DNA of 64,000 nucleotides, taken from positions 496,001 to 560,000 of the forward strand of contig MCFH01000009.1 of assembly GCA_002104945.1 (NCBI GenBank). The letters run 5' to 3'. Both the position numbers and the translations under genes were made by a program. The stretch is from Piromyces finnis finn (taxonomy: Eukaryota > Fungi > Neocallimastigomycota). This document shows, one piece after another, positions 14,620 through 26,003 of this stretch. Position 1 is the first letter of the stretch. Each line of letters starts with the position of its first letter. Below the pieces are notes generated by a model. That model was not told the origin of the DNA. It did not search any database and worked only from the letters and a program-made list of their open reading frames with translations.

Positions 14620-15898
14620 AAAAAGAAGTTAATGTATACATTTTTTATTTCTTAATTAATTACATTAATACGTGGATGATACTGTTTATTAATAATGTAT
14701 TTTTATTATTTTCCTTATTTTGTAATAATAAAAAAAAAAAAAAAACATTTAACAAAAAAGGTAAAATAAATATAGAAAAATTTATTTAATTATTAATTAT
14801 TAATTTAAATAATACCTATTTTTAAGAAATATACAAGTATTGAAAGTTTTTAAAATAACTTCATTTTATTAAAAGTATAAATCAATTTATAATCAATAAT
14901 TAACATAATAATTATTGTTATTTGGCTGAAGTGCCATATAATATATTATTATCATTAGTATTATTATCAATATATCACTTTTTCTATATAACATTTATAT
15001 TTTTATAAATTAAGATAAATTTTTAATTTTTAATATAAACGAGAGAAAGAATAAGATTTATATCAAAAAATAATAATCTTTATAATTTTATTTATTAATA
15101 ATAATTATTAATAGTAATTTAATATTATATTTTGTTAAATTAAACTCTTTCTTTTAATATTTATAATTTTAGGTAATATTAACAAACCTTTTTTTATATA
15201 TTACATATATATAATTACATATAATAAAAATAATAAAACACATGAATATGTAAGATTAAATATTAACATAAAATTTAATTATCTGGATAAATTATTCAAT
15301 CAAAAATAATTAGATATAATAAATAATTATAGTATAATTTAAATAAAAATAAATAAAAAAATAACACTATTATGTAGATTTATATTTACTTTCAAAAATG
15401 AATAATCTTTATAAAATATAGATATCAAATGGAACATACTTACAAAACTATATATAATCTAAATAAATAAATAATAAATAAATAAATAAAAAAGAGAATA
15501 GAGAAATAAATTAAATTATTATCTAAAAAATTATTTATTATGTTCAATCCATTTAATTTCTAGAAAAAAAAATACTTTACAAATTTCTTCTATAAACTAA
15601 ATATTATTAATAAACTAATCATACTTTATATATTTATATAATATATATTTTAATATTATTAGATAAAAACAAATAAATAAAATTATATTTCTTTAACAAC
15701 TGAAATAATATTAAATTCAATTAAATAATTATTATTTTATATACTTTAAAATTTAAATATAAAGAAATATACAATTAAAAATCAATATTATTATTTTTAT
15801 GTATATAAAATTATTAAAAAGAAAAAAATACATATTTATCTAAGTGGATAAAATAATTTAGTAAAATAACTTGTATAATTAATTTTAATTAATAAAAA

Positions 15899-18800
15899 AT
15901 GGAAATGAATCAAAGTATAAACGAGCTTCGCGATATTTCCTCAATTTCAATATATCCAAATCCAGAACATATCGATCTATCTAATAAACATGATTCTGAA
16001 CAAATCGTTGAAATTAGTCCAAATAGAAGATATGCAAAAGTAAGTATTATTAATATATAAATAATAATGAGTATAGTATTATTATGAATAATCAATTAAG
16101 TAAATAATTAATCAAAATAATAAATATTTATAAAAAAATATAATTTCTATAAATCTATAAATACATATAAATAGTTAAATTGTATTCTCGGTAAAGGGGC
16201 TTATAAAACTGTATATAAAGCTATTGATTGGGAAGAAGGTTTTGAAGTAGCTTGGAGTAGTACACAGGTACATAAATATTATTAATAGCAATAAAAACTA
16301 TTTTAATAAAGTATTTTTATTTATTAATATACATATGACAATTTCTATTATACAATTGGAAAAGACTTCCAAAGCAGAATATATAGAATTAAATGAAGAA
16401 ATCGAAATTCTTAAACGTGTTAGACATCCAAACATTATTAATTTTCATGTAAGTTTGTTATATATATTAAAGTTACATGAATAGTATTAACTTAAATTAT
16501 ATAATTTTATTATATATTAATACTTATTATAATAAAAAGGACTGTTGGTATAATAATAATGAAATTATATTTATCACTGAATTAATGACATCAGGAACTT
16601 TAAGAGAGTAAATATTACACTCTTTTTTCTATTAATTTTAAAAAATAAATATACTAACTATATATATAAATATAATATCTATTAATCAGATATATAAAAA
16701 AATTACAAGTTCCATACTTAAAAATAATAAAACGTTGGTCAAGACAAATTCTCAAAGGTTTATATTACCTTCATTCATACGACCCACCAATTATTCATAG
16801 AGACATTAAAGTATGTTATTAATAAATAACTTAACATAATGAATTTATAAATTAATAAACTGTTTATTTTAAATAGTGTGATAATATATTTATTAATGGT
16901 GCTCATGGAGAAGTCAAAATTGGTGATATGGGTACAGCTAAAATGAAATTAGGAAAGAATTACACTGTTATTGGTACACCAGGTAAATACATTAAATATT
17001 CCTCTGAAAATTAAAATTTAAACATAAACAAATATAAACTAAATATTAAATTTATCTTAAAATAATAAAAAGAATTTATGGCTCCGGAAATGTATGAAGA
17101 AAAGGGTTATAATGAAAAAGTTGATGTATATGCTTTTGGAATGTGTCTTTTAGAAATGGTAATATTTAAATAATTAGATTTTTATAATAATGTTAACTTT
17201 AATAATAATTAATATATATTAATTGTAAATTAAATAGGTTACTGGTGAATATCCTTATAATGAATGCAAGAATCCACCACAAGTATATAAAAAAGTTATA
17301 AATGTAAGTATATAAATATCAATGAAAATTAATTCAATTCCTTTTAGTTTTGTTTTCCTATTTTTTTAAACCATAATTGCATAATAACTATATTAATAAT
17401 ATACGGTTTAATAATATGAAATGGGAAAATAGGGTATCAAACCAGAATGTTTAAGTAGAGTTAATGATCCACAAGTATTAGAAATTATAAATAGTTGTAT
17501 ATGCCAAGAAAATGAAAGGTAAATAAAATAAAAATAGAAAATAAATATTTTAATTCTTTAATAATTACTTATTAATAATGCAATAAATTTATGATAAAAT
17601 TATGTATATTTGAATAGATGGAGTGTTAAGCAATTATTAGAAACATCATTCTTCTTAGCTGAACCAGAAGTATTATTATTGTCATCAAATGAAACTAAAA
17701 ATCATTTAACAATGCAAGTAATATTTAAAGGAACTGACCAACTTTCAGTAAAATTTGAATTCAATACTGACACTGATACAGCTGAAGATGTTGTCAGTGA
17801 AATGGTAAATATTTTTTATTTAAAAAAATCTATAAACGTAATAAAATTTTTTATAATATATTAAAATATTATTTAAATAAAAGATTCAAGAAGAAGTTAT
17901 TCCAGAAAAATATCAACAATTAATCACCTCAGAAATTAATGGTATCTTAAGAGAAATGAATAAATATACACCAGAATTAGATGAAAATAAAGAAGAAGAT
18001 CATCATATATGGAAAAGAGAAAATGCTATATCCAAAAAAATTGAACAAGCTAATCAAAGATTCCAAGATGCAGAAAGAAGAATCATGATTGCTGAAGATA
18101 GCATCAAAAAAATTGATATTGAACTTGAAAACTTAATGAAAAGAAATAAAGCATCATTAGAATACGAATTACAAAAGAAAGCTGTTATTTCAGAAACTTC
18201 AACTATTCGTACACCACAAGAAATATTAGAGGATGGTAAAATACAAAACCAGTATATTAAAAATTTTAATACCAAAAGTTTTTAATATCAAAAATTAACT
18301 AAAAATAAAAAAAAAAAATAATAATAATAATAATAAAATAAAAAAAATCAACAAAAATATCAATATATATATATAAACCACCAATAAAAAAAAATAATAA
18401 AAAAAAATAAAAAAACTATAGATTATTTTAATGATCTCCCAGTAGAAGAATTGGCAAAATACACAGCAGCTTCTACAAATAAAATGGATAAAATTAAAGA
18501 ATGGACTCAGAAATTAAGAGATCAAGATATTGTAACAATAGGAGATTTAAAAGAATGTATGTTTTCTAAATAATAATCAATAGAATAACAATATATGTCA
18601 ATATATTAGATGAATTATTGGATTTATGTTTATTGATGATATAATTAATATTTTTAAATAATATATAGTACATGATGAAGATTGGTCTGCTTTAGGTTTA
18701 ACGGTTCTAGCAACACGTTTATTAAAGGTATACATTATTATTAAATTATTATTATTTCAAAAGTTATTTTATAATGATAAAAAAAAATTAATTTATAACT

Positions 18801-18921
18801 ATTAAAATATTAGAATGCATTATACAAAAAATTGCATGATAATATGAGTCCACAACAATATTCATTACCAAGAATAAATTCTCCACCAAATGGTTTATCC
18901 TATGACCAAAATACTCTATAG
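15899..18921 (+). CDS. WNK: WNK (With No lysine) family Ser/Thr kinase with CCT-like domain, coiled coil and SAM-like C-terminus, 14 exons
   Basis: The spliced kinase domain reads [12 protein letters not shown] (Lys in the glycine loop), EVAWSSTQ (no subdomain II Lys), [24 protein letters not shown] and [13 protein letters not shown], which are WNK hallmarks. It is followed by [19 protein letters not shown] (CCT/OSR1_C-like). All 13 introns are GT-AG and keep frame to TAG at 18919-18921. Confidence 0.9.
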
Positions 18922-20848
18922 AATTAATATTATATCAAGAACAATAAATTTAAATTATATATATATATATATTTAAATAATTTAAAAAAAAAAAAAAAAA
19001 AAAAAATACATCATCTTTTTTTTTTTTTCTTTTTCTTTTCTTTCTTAATTATCTGAAATATTCGTTTAAATTTTTAATAGTAAGCCTTAATGATTATTAT
19101 ATAAAACGAAATTATATAATAAACTTTTTTTTTTCTTTACTTTACCTATTTTATTTAATAATAATATAATGATAATAAAAATTTAATTTTATAAAACTAT
19201 GTTAAATATTTATATAAAAAAGAGGGAAAAGAAAAAAAGTATAGTAATTATAATAATAGTAATTAAAAACAGAAATATAAAAAAATTAAAAAAAAAAAAA
19301 AAAGGTAAATATATTTAATATGTATTTACAAAGTATTCTCCAAGAATATAATTAAAAAAATTTTAATATTTTTTTTTTTTTCAGATAGCAAATTCTTACA
19401 ATAAAAAAATATATAAAAAAAAAAAAAAAAAAAAAAAAAAAGTTGATTATTCTTTTATGGGTGTTTTTGTATTAAATTTAAGTTTATTATTTTGTTCATT
19501 CTACAAAATCTTTTAATATTTATCATAAATTGTTTGGGATTTTAACCAGAATTTTTTGGCCAGATGAAATTCAATTCTTGGCCAAGCTTTATTTCAGGAT
19601 ATTTTCTCTCTTTTATTTTTTAAAATACTACGATAAATTTTAAATGTGTCTGTCCCTAATTTAAAATTTAAAAATATATATAAAATATATAAAATGATAG
19701 TCCTTTCTTGTAGAAGAAAAAAAAAATTAAAAGTGGATAGAAGGGGACAAACTACTTTAGAAAGTTTAATTTTGATTATCAAAATTTTTTATTGTAAAAT
19801 TCCTTTATAATCCTACACCCATAGTTTAAAAATCAAAAACTATATAGATATATAGATAGCTATAATCAGAAAAAGAAATCTATTAAGAAAAAAAAATATA
19901 TATATATTATTAAATTTCTCACTATATTATAATTTTGTTTTTTAATATTTTTTATTGAGAGAGTAAATAATTCATTCTATATTTTAAAAAAAGAAATGAA
20001 TGAATAATATGAATAAAATAATAAAAAGAAAAAGAAATAAAAATATTAATAACTATAAATAAACTTAAAATTTGAAATTCGTTTTAACAAATTAACTACT
20101 AAACCACCATAAATATAAATATTAGTTTTTTTCTTTTTATAAATAAAAATTCTAGCTTTATTGACACTTTTTTTATTCTTTTATAAAAAAAATTAACATT
20201 AAAAATTCCAAATTTTAATTTTGTAAATATACATGTTTAAATTTTTAAATTCAGACTTTAAAAATATATTATTTTTTAAATCAAAGCCAATAATATACAC
20301 ACACTAATTTCTTTTTGTTCAATAACCCGATTAAAAACTTAACAAATACTAATTTTTAATTTTAAATTTAAAAAATATTATCAAATTCTACAAATAATTA
20401 CCACCCTTCTAATAAAAACAATTTTAATCTATTTATTACTTTATTTTATTTAGAAATTTAAAATGCTAAACAGTTTTTTCACTAATTTTCTGGAAAATGT
20501 AATTTAAATTTTATATTTCTAACATATTTCTTCGATTAACCTTCCACTTGACTTTATAATATTTAACCTTCATTTTAATCTTCTAACTTTCGTTAATATT
20601 TTATAAAATCATTTACACTCATATTTGATAAGTTCATTCGCAAAATTGAAATTAAAAAATCTACTAATTACAACACAATTTTTATGTTTTATAATATTTC
20701 CTTTATGTTAAGGTTTGCAATTTTATTTTATTGTAAACATTTTGAATCCACAAATTTACAATATTATTTTTACGCCTTTAACAAAGCAATAAAAAAGGTT
20801 TCCAAAAATTGCTTCAATACATCCTTCAAGAAACGGGCATTTGTCAAT

Positions 20849-21345
20849 TTAAAGGTTGACTGTTTTATTTTAATTTATTATATAATTTAAATTTTATTAA
20901 TATATAATTACATTTATAATAATTGTATACATATTAAAACTTACGCTTAGTTCTTCTCCAGTTTCTTCTCTTAGCGTTGTATCTGATGGTGTTACCGGTC
21001 TTGAAACGGAACCATTGTGGAAGTGGTCTGTTTTGCTTTTGTTTCTTACCGAGGATACGCTTAATCTTGAAAGTCTTGTTGGAAGGCTATTATACAATTA
21101 ACAATAATCCATTTAATAATCATATTTTTTTATTTAAACTTAATTTAAAAATCAATATATATTCAATAACAATATCATAACTTTATTATGTCATTGTTAT
21201 CATTGACTAATAAATTTAAAAAAAAAAAAAAGACTTTATTTATATTATAATAAATAAGAAAAAAAAGACATTCATATTCAAAATTTCATTTAGCATATTA
21301 TTAAAAAAAACATAATTCATTAATTCATCCATCAAAATTTACCAT
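20849..21345 (-). CDS. RPL39: 60S ribosomal protein L39 (eL39), 3 exons: 21343-21345, 20945-21086, 20849-20859
   Basis: The spliced product is [51 protein letters not shown] (51 aa), a typical eL39. Both introns are GT-AG. The ORF-track entry 20897-21097 is a different frame of the same DNA. Confidence 0.96.
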
Positions 21346-23265
21346 TTTCAAACGTCCGTACGGATCTTCAAAAAATTTAAGAGAGGGAAATATTAAATTG
21401 AAATAGAATATTTTCATTTTTCTTTTAGAAAAAATGAATTAATTTTAACCAATCATTTTCAAAAAAAATCAAGCCATTAATATAATTTATATATTATAAA
21501 GTATATTCTGAATATATTAATATGTTTATAAAAAATTTATTTCATATAACATAATCCTAACCTATTTGATGATTTATATAATTTTTTATTAACATTACAC
21601 AACAACCATTATTGTTACAACTTAAAAGTGAAAAAGGATAAATCTATAATTAATATTTTTTAAAAAAATAAAAATAGCTTATAAATGAGTTGTTGAATTA
21701 AAGAAAAAATGAATAGTAAAATTATTATAAATTTTAGTGTATGCTCCTATAATCTTATGTTCTTATTGTGGTTATTATTTTAACTTTAAAAAAAATAATT
21801 GATATGAAAATTTTATATAAATACAAAAGTTTTAAAATAGGTATTTTAAAATTTTGATGGTCTTCATTTCTACTATATTAACAAGAATTTAAAATTTTGT
21901 ATTTATTATATTATATATTAAATATAAAATTCTATTGTATTTATTATATTTATTGGAAACATTAAAATAAAAAAATAGATTAAGGAATTAAAATGATAAG
22001 ACCAAGAATCATAATATATATTTATAAAAAGAATTCTGTTATTTTATTATTTAACAGAACTACTTGTATGATTTATATAGACTTCTCTGTACTTTATTTT
22101 TATTTCTTTTTACTAATAAGTAACATATAAAATTATTATAAATATTATTCGAGTCTATAAATTATATGATAAAAAAAAAATAATTATAATTTAAAGATTT
22201 GGATAAATTATATTTAACTTATTAAAATTTTTTTAAAAAAAAAAAAAAAAAAAAAAGTTATAATTATTTAAATAAATATTAAATAGTTGCAACGACACTT
22301 TTCTATCGATCTTTGGATTTTTTTTTATAATTATTTATTCTTTCCTTCTTGCTTGCTTTGTATAAATATTTAATTGTGAGAGGGAGGAACAAGATATCAT
22401 AAATATTTATACTTTTTAAAAAAGTAATTAAAAATAATTTCTGATTTTTCTTTAATTAAATATTTTAAATTAAATTTTATTTTTAATTAAAACTGAAAAA
22501 ATATATATAAAAAAAGGAAAAGATTATAAAAGGATTTTTTTTAAAAAAAAAAAAAGAAAGAAGAGAGAGAAAATAAACTTTATGAAATATAATAATAGCT
22601 ATTTAAATACTGTAATTAATAAATAACTATTTTAGTTTCAAATAAATTATATAATAATGAATATTAATGGCATTATTATTATTCCTTTTAAATTTTAATA
22701 TCATACATATTAGACATATAGTTTCGTTTTTTAATTCATAAAGGTAAAATGTGGATAATATTATTTAAAAATACAATACTAAATTTATCTTTTAAAATTA
22801 AAATATATTAACTGGTATTCTCTTACTATTATAAATATTTAAATGACAATAATGTATAATATAATTATTTGAATATTAATATATTGCAATAAATAAATAC
22901 ACAAATAATAAATATATGAAATTTTCAATTTTCAAAACAATTTTTACAATTAAACCATTAAAAAGTAAATAACTGAATATTAATAAAGTAGGAAAGGGAA
23001 CTAAATGCAATAATTTGTTATACTCTTCTTTCTTAAAAATATGATACTATATATTAATTTATGTATATATAAATTGTTAAACTATAATATATCATTTTAA
23101 AAGACATTCAAAAACACGAAATTACATTTATCATTCCATAATTTATTAATTATAAAATTTTAAAGAACATAATTGATTTTTTTTTTTTTTTCAATAAATA
23201 TATAATTGAAATCTTATTACTTTTGTAGAAATATTTTATTTTTCATATAACTTTATTTATTAGCA

Positions 23266-25249
23266 ATGTTTGTTAGAACTGCAGCTGTATATATTTCACT
23301 TATATTAAGTGTAATAGTAACATTTCTTATAGTAGAGGACTATTTGCCTCCTCAAATTAGAATGAAAATAAATACAAATTTATCAACCTATAAATTTAAA
23401 CTACATAAATTTTATGATAATATTATTAACAAAGAAAAAGAATATGAAATTTCAGTTAAACTATCAAAGAAAGTACCAAAAGAATCCCAAATATCTCGTT
23501 TAATAGACTATTTACCACTTCAAGACGATGAGTTTATTAACTATCATGAAAATAATAACACTGAAAATGACGAAGATTTATGTTTAATTAATGATTCTAA
23601 AACGACTATTCAATTTACAATTCAAGAAAAAAATTTATCTTTAAAGAAAAAAATATTTAAAGAAAGAACAGAAAGTAATATATCCAAAGATAAATTCTTT
23701 AGTAAGTATATGGATTTAAAGGTAAATGGTGTAGACAAATACAAAATACCTCAGATGGAAAAAAAAATGGATGGTGATAAGGAATACATTGAATTAAATT
23801 TAAAAGGAAAACTCCGCTATGTTGGTAATATATTAATAGAGAAAATCACAAAAAAAAAAAAATAATAATAGTAATAATAACCTTATTTTCAAATAGATAT
23901 TTATAATAATAATTAATAAATTATATAAAAAACTAATGATAATAAAGGTACAAATATAACCAATGATGCTATTGAAAAACCAGAAAAAATATATATGGAT
24001 GATCTTATGACAAATAACGAAAATGAACCTGATAAAATTAAAATTACTAGACAGCCATCTCAAGGAGAAAGTTACTGGTTAAGAAAAATTCGTATCATTG
24101 GTTTAGATGATACTATTGAGGATGATGGTATAAATTATATTATTAATTATTTAATAAGATATATTTTATTTCATTACTTTAAAAAAAAAAATAATATATT
24201 ACTATATATTTTATTTTTACAAATATTAATATTCCTATCTCAATAACATAATTAATATAAATACAAATATACATATAAAATTATTAGAAAGAAGAAGAAA
24301 TAATTTAAAACTTGGTAATTTAGAAGATGAATGTTCTATTACAGAAACTATTGCTATCTATGGAGGTTCAAGAATATATACATCAAATCCATGTACAAAA
24401 GAAAATGATTATGAATATTGTGAAAGTGTGGGATACATTTCTGGATCTATTGGAGATACTATTACTTGGTAATTAATGTTTTTTTTTTATTTTAAATTTT
24501 TTTTTTTTTTTTTTTTTTTATAGTTCATAATTATATGTCAAAGTCTCAAAGTCTCGTTGATCTCCCATTATACATAAAAAAAAAAAGAAAGAAAGAAACT
24601 AAAATAAAAAAAGACCTTTTTTTACTATAAATCTTTAATATTATATCTATTTATATAAAAATATAATATATCTTATATATCTTATTTTCAATTATATAAT
24701 TTTTAATATTTAGGTATTACGCTGAAGTTGTTGCTTCGGATATAAAGTTTGCTAATCCAAAAGCCCATGAATTAAGTTTAAATCTTTGTAAACAAAAATC
24801 AGAAAACCCAGAAAGTTGTTCAATTTGGAGTTCAGTGGTTAATGGTAAATAAATAATACGAATAATTTTAATATATTATAAATTAAAAATGAAAAATTTA
24901 ACTGAATATATTTTATGCTTTAACTGTTTTTTGTTTTTTGTTTTTCTAATGGGATTATTGAATTTTTATACAACTACATAATGTTAAATAAAATTAAAAA
25001 TAAAAATAACTTTCAATAATGAATAAATGAATAGGTTGTGGAGTTATTGCCTCTAGTCCAACAGGTACATTTAGTGTTGGTTATGCTATGAATTTCATGA
25101 AAGCTGTAAATGCAAATTTAAATAGAGTTTTTGCTACTCAAAAAGCAATAGAATCTTGTAAAAAAAATGATGTAGCTGATGGATTATGTCATGTTTCATG
25201 GGTAAAATGTACAGCAACGTCACATCGCCAACCCCAACGTTTTATATAG
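23266..25249 (+). CDS. Membrane-anchored/secreted protein with C-terminal Cys-rich DUF4189-like domain, 5 exons (23266-23824, 23948-24127, 24288-24468, 24714-24844, 25035-25249)
   Basis: It has an N-terminal hydrophobic anchor (AAVYISLILSVIVTFLIV) and a long charged linker. The C-terminus is AHELSLNLCKQKSENPESCSIWSSVVNGCGVIASSPTGTFSVGYA...ATQKAIESCKKNDVADGLCHVSWVKCT. Four GT-AG introns keep frame to TAG. The domain name comes from pattern recognition only. Confidence 0.7.
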
Positions 25250-26003
25250 TTATTAAAAAAAAAAAAAAAATATAGTTTCTTATTTTTATCCTTTATTAAC
25301 ATATAATCATATATATATTTCATAATTATTTAAATTTGTTTTTCATATAAAATATAAAAAAAAATAAAAAAAAAATGTAAATAATATTAAGTTTTATTAT
25401 ATGTGTCTTTTTTTTTTTTTTTTACCTATAAATTGTAAATTTTATTTTATTATATATTTATCATTAAATATAAAATTCATTTATAAATATTAAAAAAGAA
25501 AAAAAAATAACAATCTATATAAAATGTATATATAAATAAATAAAAATAAACTAATAATAATTACAATAATTACAATCACATAATTAGTATTGAATGTCTA
25601 TTTAATAATTAATATTTTATAAAATAAATTATTATAATTACTTTATATACAAAATAAGATAACAAAAAATTAATACAATAATATACATGACTCCATTTAC
25701 AATAATAACAAATATAGGTTTCTATTATGTCAATATATTATCAATATATAATTATATATAATCTACCTATATTTTTTTTGTTTTGTTTTCAAAAACTCGA
25801 ATGATAAATAAAAAAAAAAAAAAATCTAAATATTTTATTATTAACTATATGGATATATAAATATATATATAATTATTTTAATTTTGTGATATTGAGTGGT
25901 GAAGAGATAAAAGGTGACAATAAATAAGCAGTATTTAATAATGAATATATTGATATACCCTAATATTCATAAATGGAAGGAAGGAAATATTATTTATACT
26001 TGG

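Noticed and set aside
17248-17256. ATATCCTT in the WNK gene resembling a U12 donor
   Set aside because: It encodes the conserved kinase motif GEYPY inside an exon bounded by normal GT-AG introns, and there is no branch site or AC acceptor.
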